Shown in pieces: positions 1 through 12,601 of a stretch of 64,000 bases of DNA (position 1 is the stretch's first letter; every line of letters starts with the position of its first letter). Both the position numbers and the translations under genes were made by a program. This DNA is from an uncultured Gemmatimonadaceae bacterium. Lineage in GTDB: Bacteria > Gemmatimonadota > Gemmatimonadetes > Gemmatimonadales > Gemmatimonadaceae. Location of the stretch: the NCBI GenBank assembly GCA_963829055.1, contig CAWHHI010000003.1, positions 352,001 through 416,000 of the forward strand, in the 5' to 3' direction. The notes beneath the pieces were generated by a model. It worked only from the letters and a program-made list of their open reading frames with translations, made no database searches and was not told the origin of the DNA.

Positions 1-33
1 TCCTCCGGCGTCGGGAGCTGGCTTGCGATGTCG

Positions 34-1146
34 TCATGCCGCCGCCCCCCAGTTGGTCGCGATGCACCAGCGCACGACGGCGTCGTAGTAGTCGAGAACA
101 TGCGGCGCCTCAATGCCGGCAGGCGCGAGCACCGCGCTCGCGTGACGGGCGTCGAAGATCTTCGGGTATGCCAGCTGGTACGCGAACGCCTGCACGGCGC
201 GCGTCGCCTGCAGCAGCACCTCGTTGCCCGCTTCCTCCACCGTGCGGACGAACAGCTCGTACGTCGTCGAGGTCCACGATCGCCGGCCGCGCGATGCTCC
301 GCTTGCGCCACGCAGGGCGGTGCCGCTCGAACGCCGCCGTGGTCGCATCGAGCAGTGCACCTAACGTGGCAGAGTTCGCCTGCGCCCGCGCACAGATGGT
401 ACGTGGCGCCGGCGCTGAACGCGTGCTCGAACAGGTGATGAGACGCGTCCGCCGCGAAGTCGACAGGAATGAGGTCCACGAGCGCCGACTCCTGTCCTGG
501 AACCATGGGCGCCAGGCCCTGGTACAGCAGGCGCAGCGCGTGGTGGACGGCGTTGAAACCGCTGACCGCGCCAGAGCGCGAGTCTCCGATGATGGTGCTC
601 AGGCGGTACAGCGCGATCGGCAGATCGCGCCATCGCGTCGCGCACCACCGCTTCCATCTCCGCCTTGGACTGCTCGTAGCTGTTGACGAACCCATCCTGC
701 GCCGCCGATGTCGCCCTCGCCGAAGCATCCCGTCGCTGCGCCCGGCAACGTAGACGGTGCTGAAGCACGCGATGCGCTCGAGGTTCGGGCACTCCTCGGC
801 GAAGGCGAGGAGCGCGCGCGTGCCCTCGACGTTCGTCGCGCGCGCGTCGGGCAGCGGCCGGTTGAACATCGTGTCCGCGGCGCAGTGGACGATGTCGGTG
901 ACACTCCCGCGAAGCGCCGCACGGTCGCCGGGAGCAATGCCTAACGTCGGACCCGCACGCAGATCGCCGGTCAGCGTGCTCACGCCTGGGCAGCGTTGCG
1001 CCGGCGCGGACGTCGAGATGCCGCGCGTCAGCACGACGACCGATGCGTCACCGGCGCTCGCGAAGCGGCGCGACGAGATCGCGACCTAACGTGCCGGTGC
1101 CGCCGGTCACGAGGATGGTACGTGGCTGATGCCGCGTCAGCGCCAT
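34..1146 (-). CDS. Extended SDR / fatty acyl-CoA (thioester) reductase-like protein, frameshifted
   Basis: ATG at 1146 gives MALTRHQPRTILVTGGTGTLG (Rossmann TGxxGxxG); pieces in several frames carry NVEGTRALL, FSTVYVAG and NSYEQSKAE (YxxxK); stop at 34 overlaps the ATG (37) of a further gene running off the window. Confidence 0.75.
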
Positions 1147-1159
1147 GACGCAACCACGG

Positions 1160-2130
1160 TCAGTGCTCGACGACCATGCAGCTCCAGTTCAGTCCGTAGC
1201 CGAACGTGAACAGGAGCAGCAGATCGCCTTTGCGCAGGAGCCCGGCGTCGGTCGCATCGCGCAGGTTGATGAAGTTGTCCGCCGCGATCGTGTGACCGAC
1301 CCGCCCGATGTTCGCGCTGAACAGCTTCTCGCGCGGACAGCCGATGAGGCCGAGCAGGATCTCCCAGCTGCGGAGCGAGACGTTATGCGGGATCACCCAC
1401 GCGATGTCATCGAGTGTCACGCCGGCCTTCCGGAGCGTCGTCTCGATCACCGTGCGGGCCGTGGGGAAGTACGCGGCGATGATCTCGTTCTCGAGCGAGC
1501 CGGAATCCCAGAACGCGCCCTTCGTCACCTGGTGCGTGGCGACGATGCGATTCCGCCCGGCTCTCGGCGCAGCAGCATTGCGCACGCGCCGTCGGACACG
1601 AGGTTGTAGACGACCTCGCGTGAGGCGTCGTGCGGCAGACGATCGGCGCTCACGCACAGCACGGTGCGCACGTCGGGCTCCGCGAGGAGCGTGGCGCGCG
1701 CGAGGCGGATGGCCGAGAAGATGGCGGCGCACCCTTGCTGGTCGATCCCGGCGACGGAGGCGCTCGTGAGATCGAACTCGCTCTGCAGCCGCGACACGGG
1801 ATACTTGAAGAAGTCCATGAACTCGCGCATGTGCAGCACGGAACCCGCGGGGCGGGCCGCGGTTTCCATGGTGGAGCTCGAGGTCAGTGCGCCCGCGTAG
1901 AGCACGAGGTCGATCTCGTCAGGCGACGTGCCCGTTTCTTCGAGCAGCGCGCGGACTGCGTGCATGGCCATGTCCACGTGACTGTCCGCTTCGGCCACGC
2001 GCGCCTGGCGGAAGCCGAAGCTCGCGAGCGCCGCCGCACCGCGGAGCGCACCGCGCTGTTCCAGCTCCGCGAGTGTCGGCGACGACGCCGGGAGCCAGTA
2101 CGTCAGCGCATCGATACCGACATCGGTCAC
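1160..2130 (-). CDS. 3-oxoacyl-ACP synthase III (FabH/KAS III-like) family protein, frameshifted near 1555
   Basis: QQGCAAIFSAI (catalytic Cys), VSDGACAMLL, VIPHNVS, GRVGHTIAAD, LFTFGYGLNWSC; probable GTG start at 2130. Confidence 0.8.
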
Positions 2131-2260
2131 ACCAGCTCTCGCTTGGGCCAAAAGGTTCGCGTAAGGTAGTAGCCGCATCGGCGAATTGGCGATAATGTCC
2201 GGCGCGAGCGACGCATCCACTATACGTCATCACACGTAGCAGAAATTTTCGGAGGGTTCG

Positions 2261-2695
2261 ATGGCCCGGGTAGCCAAGTCTGCTGTCATCAACGGCAACG
2301 CCGATCAGATCATCAACTACATCGCCGATGTGAAGAATCACCCCGCGTTCATCGGTCCGCTCAAGTCGATCGCGAACGTGAACGGCGATCCGAAGAAGTC
2401 CGGCACGTCGTGGGATTGGACGTTCGTCATGGCGGGCGTGGAGTTTTCAGGCCGCGCCGAGACGGTGGGCTTCGAGGCGGGCAAGACGTTCAGCTACAAA
2501 ACGACAACCGGCGTCGAGAGCACGTGGACGTACAGCGTCGAGCCGCAGGGCGGTGGGTCGAAGGTGACGGTGGACGTGTCGTACGAAGTACCGAAAACGC
2601 TGTTGTCGAAGATGCAGGCCGGTGTGGTCGAGAAGCTCAACGACGCCGAGGGGCTGCGCGCGGTGGAGAACCTGAAGGCGATTCTCGACCAGTAG
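2261..2695 (+). CDS. SRPBCC/START-fold (polyketide cyclase-like) protein
   Basis: 144 aa with GGAGG RBS; pattern INGNADQIINYIADVKNHPAF...WTYSVEPQGGGSKVTVDVSY...VENLKAIL. Confidence 0.8.
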   Translation: MARVAKSAVINGNADQIINYIADVKNHPAFIGPLKSIANVNGDPKKSGTSWDWTFVMAGVEFSGRAETVGFEAGKTFSYKTTTGVESTWTYSVEPQGGGSKVTVDVSYEVPKTLLSKMQAGVVEKLNDAEGLRAVENLKAILDQ

Positions 2696-2717
2696 ACTCC
2701 ACCAGTAGGCGAGAGTC

Positions 2718-3224
2718 GTGCTTGCCTGGGCGGCCGCGTACGTCGCGCTCGTGATCGTCGCGGCGGCGGTCGTCCTCGCTCGGCGCGAGCCGACGATCGT
2801 ACGCGGCGACTGGGTCTTTCTCCTCACATCGCTGTTCGTCCTCCTGGTGGCAATGGTCAGCGCGCTGCGCGGTAATCGCTTTTCGTTAGGCATGCTGCTC
2901 GCGACCATCGTCGTGCTGCTGGCGGGGTGGTTCGTACAGTCGCGCTGGTGGGTGATCGGCGCGCCGCCCGACGCCGTCACGACGACGATCGAGGAATGCG
3001 CGGCCCGACTCTGCGCGCCATCGGTGCGAGCGGCCGGTGCGTGTACCGTGACTGTGCCCGGCGGCGCCGTTCGGCTCCGCGTTGCGCCAGTCGGAGGCTC
3101 GACGGTGATCCAGTTCGTGGCGAGCAGCAGGCACAGGAAGGCGCATCTCTTCCGCCGGCTGCTGGCGAAACAGTATCGACCGGTGATGCCGACGCTGCGC
3201 GTCGGCGGGTCGAGCCATGGCTGA
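2718..3224 (+). CDS. Hypothetical membrane protein
   Basis: Three N-terminal hydrophobic segments; fills gap in operon. Confidence 0.55.
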   Translation: MLAWAAAYVALVIVAAAVVLARREPTIVRGDWVFLLTSLFVLLVAMVSALRGNRFSLGMLLATIVVLLAGWFVQSRWWVIGAPPDAVTTTIEECAARLCAPSVRAAGACTVTVPGGAVRLRVAPVGGSTVIQFVASSRHRKAHLFRRLLAKQYRPVMPTLRVGGSSHG

Positions 3225-3229
3225 CGACC

Positions 3230-4085
3230 ATGGCTGACGCGCGACGGCGCTGGATTCGGCTCGGCGTGCTGGTGGCGGTGCTCGCCATCGTCTTCGCCGG
3301 CATCCGCCGCCTCGCCTTCCTGGCGGTCGAGCGAGGCGGGATCGTCACCACGCCTAACGGGCCGGAGACGCCGGCGACGTTCGGCGCGCCGTTCACGCGA
3401 GTGGCGATCACGAGCGGCGACCGGATGCTCGACGCGACGCTCGTCCGTGCTGCGGGCGACTCCAGCCCGGCGCTGTTGATCTTTCACGGGACGGGCGAGG
3501 CCGTGTCGTTCTGGGCGGATACGCAGGCGCTGCTCTATCGCCACGGCGTCACGTCGATGGTCTTCGACTACTCCGGGTTTGGCCGCAGCACGGGCCGGCC
3601 CGACGGTGGCGCACCTCGAGGAAGACGCCGACGCCGCCTACGCCGAGTTCGTGCGGCAGGTCGGGCGACGGACGCGACCGTACGTGCTGGGGTACTCGTT
3701 AGGTACCGGCGTCGTGTTCGACGCCGTCGCTCGCTGGACGCCGCAACCCGCCGGCGTGGTCTTCGTTGCGTCGTACTCCTCGGCCCGCGAGGGCGCGGTC
3801 GCGTTCGGGCTCGTGCCGCACTGGGCGACGTTCCTCTTGCCCGACCTCTGGAACAACGTGCGCGACGCGCGGAACCTGCGTCAGCCGCTGCTGGTCATGC
3901 AGAGCGACGCCGACCAGCTCTTTCCGGTGAGCATGGCGAAGGCCGTCTACGACGCGGCGACGGTGCCCAAGCAGATGGTCGTGGTGCACGGCTATCGACA
4001 CGAGGACGGCCACCAGCGTCCGACCGACGACTACTGGGCGCCGGTCATTCGCTTTCTGACGACCGGCGTGCACTCAGGGGAGTGA
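3230..4085 (+). CDS. Alpha/beta hydrolase (ABHD-like), frameshifted near 3598
   Basis: N-terminal TM, LIFHGTGE, FDYSGFGRSTGRP, nucleophile elbow GYSLGTG, QSDADQL, GYRHED. Confidence 0.8.
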
Positions 4086-4558
4086 GCGGAGGAGCGACGG
4101 CGGCGGCGTGAAGCTTCCCCACGGCATCGAACGGCACGTTCGGGTCGCCGAGCGGCGTGTCGAGCGTGACGGTGCCCGTTAGGCGGTAGTCGACGGTGCC
4201 GTCCCGCGACGCGTCACGCGCCGCGGCGCGCAGACCCTGCCACGAGACGTCGACGGGCAGTTGCACCGTCGTGGAGTCGTGGGCGGGCAGCGTGAACGGG
4301 GCGGCGGATTCGTCCGCGCCCGACCTCGGTCGAGTCGGTGAGCACGAAGCGATACGTGGCGAGCTTGACCGGGAGCGGGTAGGGGTTCGGATTGCTGATG
4401 GACAGCGAGACCTCGATGGCCCCGCCAGTGAGGCCGACACTGTGGACCTTCACGCCACTCACGCCAATCACCGGCCTGCTGAACGCGCGCTCGGCGAGAC
4501 GGCTGCACGCCGGTATCGCCAGCAGGATCAGGAATGCAAGAGAACGTCGATTCATCAC
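4045..4558 (-). CDS. LEA type 2 (WHy) family lipoprotein, frameshifted near 4315
   Basis: Lipoprotein signal LLAIPAC, ISNPNPYPLP motif, TVQLPVDVSW, YRLTGTVTLDT; 3' end uncertain. Confidence 0.7.
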
Positions 4559-4624
4559 AGGAAAGTATCGCCGATCAATCGAGTGCAGGGATGCAGGCGA
4601 CGGTCATCGGATTTCCGCGCGGGC

Positions 4625-6598
4625 TTATCGGCCCCAGCGGTTGTTGGTCCGATCGATGTCCGGGAACGCGTTCTCTGGGTCGATCTCCACTTTCGTGATC
4701 TTCGGCGACGCCGCCACACGCAGCGTCGCGCGACGCTCGCCACGCAGCCACACGTCGACCGGAATTTCCCGCCGCTCCACGCGTGTCACGCCCTGACGGG
4801 TGATCGCCAGCCTAACGGGCATCGGGGCGAGGCCGCGATCCTCGACGGTGATCGTCGCGCTGTCGCCGCTCGACTGAACGTCCGTGATCGCCTGGTCGAG
4901 CGTCCACGTCTCGTAGAACCACGTGCGCCAGAACCACGACAGGTCGCGGCCACTCACGTCGTCGAACGTGTGGAAGAAGTCGTACGCCGTCGGATGCTTG
5001 CTTGATCCAGCGACGTCCGTACTCGCGGTACGCCTTCATGAACACGTCGTCCCCGAGCAGCGCGCGGAGCGCGACCATGTTCGTCGCCATCTTCTGGTAG
5101 CTCGCCACGCTGTACGCCGGCGTCCCCACGGGGTACAGATCGCCGTGACGCATGAGCTCCACCTCGTCGCCGCGTGCGCGCGAACCCGAGGTACGCGTCG
5201 CGCACGATGCGCTCGAGGTCGTAGCCGCCGAAGAACGAGCGCATCGCCTGCGCCTGATTGAAGCGCGTGAGCCCCTCGTCCTGCCAGGCGTGGCGCTTCT
5301 CGTCGGAGCCCACCTGCATCGGGAACCACATGTGCCCGAACTCGTGCACCGTCACCGAGTAGAGCGCCAGCGTGTCGCGCTGGCCACCGATGCACGTGAT
5401 CATCGGGTACTCCATCCCGCTGCACGACACGACGCCGTCGAGCGCCGTCATCTGCGGGTACGGGATACGGCCAGAGGAATCCCGACAGGAACTCGATGGC
5501 GTGCTGTGCATAACGCGCGGACTGGTCCCACGCCCACGCCACGCGCGACGGACGATAGAACGAGTTGATCGTCGCCGTGTCCCCGAACGCCGCCTGCGTC
5601 GCATCCCACAGGTACTTGTCCGACGTGCCCCACGCGAAGTCGCGCACGTTTCGGGCCTCGAACAGCCACGTGACCTTGCCGCCCGCGCCGAGCGTCGTCG
5701 ACTTGCCCGCACCGCGATCGCCTTCCGCGACGACATGCACGACCTCCGGCGAACGACGCGCTTCGGCGAGCCGCTCGCGCGTCGCGGGCGTCAACACCTC
5801 GTTCGCGTTCTTCAGCTTCGCCCGTCGCGCCGATGAGCCATCCGGCGGGAACGGTCAGCGCGACGTCGTAGTCCGCCCAGCCCATGTAGAACTCGGCGTT
5901 CCCCATGTACCGGTCGGTCTGCCAGCCGTTCACGTCGTCGTACACGGCGATCTGCGGATACCAGTACGAGATCATGAACACTTCACCGTCGGTGCCGGAG
6001 CGCGGTGCGCCGTCTGGCGGGATCGTGAACTTCCACGAGAACTCGAACTCCGCCGCGCCACCCGGGGCGAGCGGCAGTCGGCAGCTTGATCCATGCGATC
6101 GTGCCCTCGATCTGGAATCCCGCCTGCACGCTGGCGTCGACGTCGCGGAGCTGCGGCAGCGGGCGCCCCTGCGCCACCACGCGCGACAGCTCCATGCCAT
6201 TCGTCGGCGGCACCTCGACGTTCCGCGCCGCGCCCGGCGCGAACAGGTTCTGGTACAGGTGAACGGCAATGAGTCGGAGCGTGTCGGGCGACCGGTTCTG
6301 GTACCGCGATGCGCCCCTCGCCCGTTAGGCGCTTCGTCGCCGGGTCGAGCTCGGCCCGCAGCGCATAACGCGCGTACTGCGTCCAGTACTTCGGCCCCGG
6401 CTCACCCGTCCGCGTCCGCGTACCGCGCTCGACCGCGCGCCGGAACGCCGCCGTCTCGAACACCGGGTACGGAATGGGACGTCGCCCTGCGGCATCGCCC
6501 GGGTGTCCGCCGACAGGAGCTGGCGTTGGCCGGCGCGTGCCAGACGAGCACGCGAGCACCGTGGCGGACACGACCACGGCGATCATAACGCGCGGCAC
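4625..6598 (-). CDS. M1 family zinc aminopeptidase (lipoprotein), multiple frameshifts
   Basis: GMEYPM, HEFGH...WQDEG (HExxH plus downstream E), SYWYPQIAVYDD, ARNVRDFAW, DLSWFWRTWF. Confidence 0.85.
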
Positions 6599-6718
6599 AC
6601 GGCAGAGCTGGGCAGATGCGCGGGTGCAGCGGCTGTAGTCGTCATGACGCTCGGTCGGAGTTGACCCGGCGCGCATGCAGGCGGGCCAGAGGCCCGGGCA
6701 CCGGCAATCTACCGCCGG

Positions 6719-7897
6719 CTACCGTTTGCGGTACGTCACGCGGTCCCCGGTTCGGCTGTCGGTCAGGACGAGCGCATCCGCGCTCAACGATCCGCGTGCA
6801 TTCGTAGTCGTCGATTGGCCCGATCCGCTGGTGTCGAGGAAGTCGAGCCCGACAGCGTTCCCGTTGATCGAGCCGAACGCCTGCATGTTCCGCCCAGTCG
6901 ATGAGCGCCCGGATCCCGATACGGGGACGTCACCGGCGAACGTCGGCCCGGGGAAGAACGGCGACGAGTAGAGCGTCATCGTAAGCGGGCAGCGTCGACG
7001 AATTCCTGTCGCCGGTCCACGAGCCTTCGATCGGGGTGTCCACGTTCGCCGTGAGGTCGAGTGTCTTGGACATGATCGTCGCGACCGCGCCGAACAGGCC
7101 GACACCGCCCGTGAGCGTGTTGCCGCGCGTGTCATCGCCGAACGGATCGAAGCCGGCGACGTAGTAGTGGAAGTAGTTCGAGTCCACCGCGATGACGGCG
7201 AAGCTCTGCGGCACTCCGGGGAACATCGTACTCGCGCGCGAACGAGAATGACCACTCCGCGTCGTCGGGGTTTCCGGCGGCGCGCGCGAGGGGGAGGATG
7301 AGCTCCCGGTCGAGTGACACCGTGAACTGCTGGCGCCCGGTCCCGCTCCCCTCGTGCCGAAGCACGTAGCCGGCCGCGTTGCGGACCCCGGCGAGATTGA
7401 TGCGCAGCGTATCACGGTCCACGTTGAACGTGCGCCGCGCCGCGTCGACCGCTCCGCCCACCGGCACCGTCGTCTCACCGAGCACGACGCCGAGCGACGT
7501 CTCGATCCGCAACGTGTAGCGTTCGCCGGGCCGCACCCGGAGTACGTTAGGCGGCGCCGTCCCGGGCGAGCCGTTGGTGATGGTGACGCTCGTGACGCTG
7601 ATACACGCCGTCGTTCGCCACGCTCGGCACCGCGATGACCGAGTCCTGCCGCGGCCCGTAGATGACGACGCGCGCGTTCGTGATCGGCTCCCGCCCCGTC
7701 GGTGTGCCGGCCGCCGTCACGACCGAGCGCAGCGTGCGCTCGACGATGACGATCTGCTGCGTGGCCGTCGCGTTGAGCACCGCGTGCACGACCGCGCGCG
7801 GCTCGACGTCCGGCGCCGTCGTGTCCGCCAGCTCGCAGCCGGTCGCGAACGCGATGACGAGCGCGGCGCCACCCACGGTGGTCACGTTCCGGCGCAT
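6719..7897 (-). CDS. DUF4249-like lipoprotein partner of TonB receptor, frameshifted
   Basis: Lipobox FATGC, VVHAVLN, RPGERYTLRIET, DSNYFHYY, GGVGLFGAV; directly downstream of TonB receptor. Confidence 0.65.
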
Positions 7898-7899
7898 CG

Positions 7900-10280
7900 T
7901 CACCACTCCACCCGCATGCCGAACGACGGCAGGAACGGGAACTGCGACGCACCCTTCACGACCGGCGGGTCGACATTCGTCTCGAGCGTGTACAGGAACA
8001 CGTTCTTCCGGTTGAAGACGTTCACGACGTTGATGTACGGTCTCAGCGTCGCGCCTCCGACGTCGAACCGCCGCTCGGCGCTCAGGTCCAGGCGCCAGTA
8101 GAATGGAAATCGTTCCGTGTTTCGTCGCGCTGCGCACCATCTTCCTCGCCGTCGCTGCGCGGTCCGCCCCACGTGTTGCGGACGGGATCGTAGCGGTACC
8201 GGTTCATCACGCCGGCCCAGCCCGTGTACGGCGTCCCGGTGGCGACGCCGAGGTGGGTGCCTAACGCCCACCGGCTCTGCGGCCGCGCCTAGGCGGCGAC
8301 GACGTTCGCGTTATGCCGCCGGTCGTGCGCCGGCCAGTACGCCACATCGTCCCGCTCGCGCGTCGTCACGCCGTAGCTGTACGCGATCCAGCCGCTGAAG
8401 CCGTTGCGCTCGAGCTGCCGGAGGTAGACGTCCACGCCGTACGACCGGCCGTCGTAGTACCTGAGCAGCGACGGCCGGATGCGCGGGTCGACGGTGCTCG
8501 CCGGCTCCGAGAGGTTGTCGTACGTCTTGCCGTACGCCTCGACACGAAAGAAGCGCGAGCCCGACAGCCACCGCTCCGCTCCGAGTACCACCTGGTCCGA
8601 CGTCGATACCGGAATCGTCTTGTCGCTGCCTAACCAGAGATCGAACACACGGAGCGGCAGATCCTCGTTGCGCATGGCGCGCATCCACTGCGTGTAGCGG
8701 CCGCCGGCCGCCGTGATCGCCAGCTGCGGTGTCACGAAGTACTTCACCGACACACGTGGCGAGACGCCGAGCCAGTTCGCGCCGCCCACGTATTCACCGC
8801 GCAATCCGCCGCGCAGCGAGCCAGCGGTCGTTCGGCTTCCACACGTCTTCCGCGAACAGCGCGCCCATCGCCGGACGCTGGCGCATCGTCGTGTCGCCAT
8901 CGGTGGCGAGCGGGTCGGGGAACCCGATGTCGTCATTGTTGTCGCTCGTCACGGTCAGCTGCTCGCGATACGACGTGCGGTACGCGGACGCCTCGTACCC
9001 GGCGCTCAGCGTCTGATGATCGCGCGCGTGCGTGATCGAGCCCGCGAGCTGCACCTCGCTCACGCTCTGCGCGAGGTAGATCGTCTCGCCCGGCAGTCGA
9101 AGTGCGTGGCGAAGCGCGTGAACGCGAGCCGCTGCGACATCGTCGTGCGCGCGCCGAGCGGCTGATCCCACGTTAGGCCGACGACGCGATTGCCCCAGTC
9201 GAACGTGATCGTCTCGTCATCGTCGTCCACCGGGTCGAACGGCCCGCCGGGAATCGTGACCCTGCGGCGTCGACTCATCGATGTGGTAGAGCAGATCCTT
9301 CCCCGTGTATGCCGTCAGGCCGAGCGCGCCACCAGCGGGCAGCCGGAGCCGCGCGCGGAGCTGCGCGTCCTGGAAGTGATACGGAAAGTCGTTGTTCCCA
9401 CGAATCCACTCGATCGACCCTGTCGGCGTACGTGCGCCGCACGGCGACGTTCCACGACAGCTTGCCCTCGACCCGTCGCACCGCCCATGAACAGCGAGGA
9501 CGACAGGAGCGAGACCTCCGCGGTGCCGTGCGCGCCGTTCCGCGTCTCCTCGAGGCTCTTCACGTCGAGCACGCTCGAGAGTCGGCCGCCATAACGCGAC
9601 GGGAACGCGCCGGTGAGCACGTCCACGCCGCTCACGGCCTTGTCGATGAACGTCCCGAACAGACCGCCCAGATGGAACGGGTTGTAGATGGGGATGCCGT
9701 CGAGCAACACGAGGTTCTGATCCGCCTCGCCGCCGCGCACGTTGAAGCCGGCCGAGAAATCGTTGCGCGCGACGACGCCTGGCAGGAGCGCGACGGAACG
9801 GAGGACGTCGGCCTCGCCGATCGCCGGAACACGACGCACCTCCGCCCCGGAGATGCTCACGACACTCGGCGTCGCCTCCTCCTCGAACCGCACCCGCTCC
9901 GGCGATTTCGCCACCGTGCGCACGGGCGCGAGCGACTGGGGCAGCATGCGGACGCGGAGCGTGACGGTCACCGTGTCGTTCGAGCGAACGACGACGGCCG
10001 TGTCGACCGACTCGTAGCCCAGGAAGGTGGCGTGCAACTGGACGCGCCCCGCCGGCAGATCGGGAAACACGAAGTGGCCCGCGGAGTCAGCGCGCACGGC
10101 GCGGCGCGGGCGATCGATCCTGACAGTGGCGCGAATCGGAACGCCGGTCGCGACGTCCGTGATCGAGCCCATGAGCGCTCCGGTGGGCGCGGCCGCCTGA
10201 CGCGCGGCCGCGGGCTGCTGTGCAGCCGCGCCCGAAGCGGTAACAACGGCTATGACGAGCGCGACCGGAAATCGGTGCAT
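7900..10280 (-). CDS. TonB-dependent receptor with carboxypeptidase-like regulatory domain, multiple frameshifts
   Basis: Signal peptide, GEADVLRSVALLPGV, NVRGGEADQNLVLLDGIPIYNPFHLGG, YGGRLSSVLDV, C-terminal PSFGMRVEW. Confidence 0.85.
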
Positions 10281-10427
10281 GCGATGGACGCAGTGGGCGG
10301 CGGAGCGCGAGTCCTACCCGACGTACAACCCTTTGATCCGTCGATGCCCTTATGTACTTCCGCGAGGCGTGTGCGGCACGTGGTCACGTAATGCGGGCGT
10401 GATCTCGTCGGCTGTACATTCTTCCAC

Positions 10428-11117
10428 ATGTTCATCGGCCACTATGGCGTCGCCCTCGCCGCCAAGCGCGTGGCGCCACGTGTGTCGCTCGGGGTGCTCG
10501 TCGCAGCCGCGCAGCTCGCGGACCTCGTCTGGCCCATCCTGCTCATCCTCGGGGTCGAGCGCATCCGCATCACACCGAGCGACAATCCGTTTCTCGGCAT
10601 CACGTTCGAGTCGTATCCGTGGACGCACAGCCTTCTGGCCGCCATCGTCTGGGGCGCGCTCGCCGGCCTCGGCTACGCGGCGCTCCGGGGACGGCGCGCC
10701 GACGGCGTGGTCGTCGGTCTCGTGGTCGTGAGCCACTGGGTGCTCGACTGGATCACGCACGTGCCGGACCTGCCGCTGTATCCGGGCGGCGCCTCGCGTC
10801 GGGCTCGGGCTCTGGCGGTACCCCTCGGCCACCATGGTCGTCGAGGCGCTCGTGTTCCTGCTCGGTCTCGCTCTCTATTGGCGCTTTACCCGCCCGGTGG
10901 ACCGGACGGGAAGGTGGGCGTTGTGGGCGTTCGTCATCGTTGCTCGTCGTCCTGACCCTTGCGAAGCATCTACAGTCCTCCGCCCACGAGCGCGAACGCG
11001 ATCGGCTGGGCGGCGTTAGGCGGCTGGCTCATCCCCGTGTTCGGCTGGTGGGTGGATCGACACCGACAGCCGGTATCTTCGTCGCCCCTGGCCCCGCACC
11101 TCTCGTTGCACACATGA
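10428..11117 (+). CDS. Metal-dependent hydrolase-like membrane protein, frameshifted
   Basis: MFIGHYGVALAAK, QLADLVWP, YPWTHSL, SHWVLDWITHVPDLP, GLGLW; C-terminal WWVDRHR in another frame. Confidence 0.75.
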
Positions 11118-11195
11118 GCTACCTGCTCGCGCTCGTGCGTGGCGCTTTCGGCATCGTTGACCAGCGCGTGATGCTTCGCGCGTGACACGTCCCCT

Positions 11196-12407
11196 GTGAC
11201 GCGCCGCGACTCGCTCTCGCTCGGCGAAGCACGGCGTATCGCGCTCGCCGCGCAGGGCTTCGACCGCCCTCGGCCGACCGGTGCGGTGAACGCGGGACAT
11301 CTGCGTCGCCTGCTCCGCCAGATCGGGCTGCTGCAGATCGATTCCGTGAGCATACTGCTGCCGGCGCACTATCAGGTCCCGTTCTCGCGACTGGGTCCGT
11401 ACGACCGCGCGCGACTGGACGCGCTCATCTACAAGGAGCGCGAGTTCACGGAGCAGTGGGCGCACGAGGCGTGCATCCTTCCGGTCGAGCACTGGCCGCT
11501 CATCCGCCATCACCTCGGGCCGCACGAACGACGGTGGGGCGCGCTGGCGAAGTTCATGGAAGCGAACGCCAGCTACGCCGCGCGCGTGCTCGAGGAGGTG
11601 CGCGCGCGTGGACCAGTGGTCGCCGGCGACATCGATGAGCCGGATGGGACGCGCGGCCGCGGCGGCGGCTGGTGGGGATGGACCACGGCCAAGACGACCC
11701 TCGAAGGTCACTTCGCTCGCGGGGCCGTCGCGATCGCCGAGCGGCGGACCGCGGGGTTCGCGCGCGCGTACGACCTGGCCGAGCGCGTCGTGCCTAACGA
11801 GCATCACACGCGCGTGATGTCGCGTGAGGACGCCCAGCGCGAGCTGATCCGCCTCGCCAGCCGAGCGACCGGCATCGCGACCGCGAGTGATCTCGCCGAC
11901 TACTATCGTATGGCGCCGCGTGAAGCGCGGCAGCGCGCGGCAGAGCTGGCGTCGGCCGGCGAGTTACGCGAGGTGCGCGTGGATGGCTGGCGCGAGCCGG
12001 CGTACCTGCATCCGGACGCGCGGATTCCTCGCGCGATTGCCGCCGCCGCGCTGCTGTCGCCGTTCGACCCGGTGATCTGGTACCGTCCGCGCGCGGAGCG
12101 GCTGTTCGAGTTCGACTACCGCATCGAGATGTATGTCCCGCGCGAGAAACGGAAATACGGCTACTATGTGCTGCCCTTTCTTCTGGGCGACCGCATCGTG
12201 GCTCGTGTGGATCTCAAGGCGGATCGGGCGGAGGGATGCCTGCGCGTTCTGGGTGCCTACGTCGAGGCGCACGCGGACGCGGACGACGTGGCCGGCCCGC
12301 TGGCCAACGAGCTGCGGACGATGGCTCGTTGGCTCGCGCTGGACGATGTGTCGGTCGCGCGACGCGGTCCGTTGAGCCGAGCCCTCGGGTCCGCTATTCG
12401 AAGCTAG
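11196..12407 (+). CDS. ycaQ: YcaQ/AlkZ (HTH_42) family interstrand-crosslink DNA glycosylase
   Basis: ARRIALAAQGF, LQIDSV (QxD motif), EQWAHEA, LLSPFDP, FDYRIEMYVP, YGYYVLPFL. Confidence 0.85.
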   Translation: MTRRDSLSLGEARRIALAAQGFDRPRPTGAVNAGHLRRLLRQIGLLQIDSVSILLPAHYQVPFSRLGPYDRARLDALIYKEREFTEQWAHEACILPVEHWPLIRHHLGPHERRWGALAKFMEANASYAARVLEEVRARGPVVAGDIDEPDGTRGRGGGWWGWTTAKTTLEGHFARGAVAIAERRTAGFARAYDLAERVVPNEHHTRVMSREDAQRELIRLASRATGIATASDLADYYRMAPREARQRAAELASAGELREVRVDGWREPAYLHPDARIPRAIAAAALLSPFDPVIWYRPRAERLFEFDYRIEMYVPREKRKYGYYVLPFLLGDRIVARVDLKADRAEGCLRVLGAYVEAHADADDVAGPLANELRTMARWLALDDVSVARRGPLSRALGSAIRS

Positions 12408-12601
12408 ACCGGCGGGTTCCTGGCTGGTTGCCGCCGCGAGCAGCGAGCAGCGCGTGGTGTAATTGGCGGTATTGGCAGCAGCGGGCAGCGTGCGGCCGCA
12501 GCATGCAGCCGTCGGCAGATGTCCCCAGCGTGCAGCCGCTCGTGCTGGACGAGACTCGTGTCGCTTCGTAGTGTAGCGATAGGCAACGCCGCGAGGGATC
12601 C

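Noticed and set aside
3215..3240. 13-bp tandem duplication CCATGGCTGACG(A/C) at a gene junction
   Set aside because: Only two copies; may be local slippage or assembly artefact, with no mobile element between them
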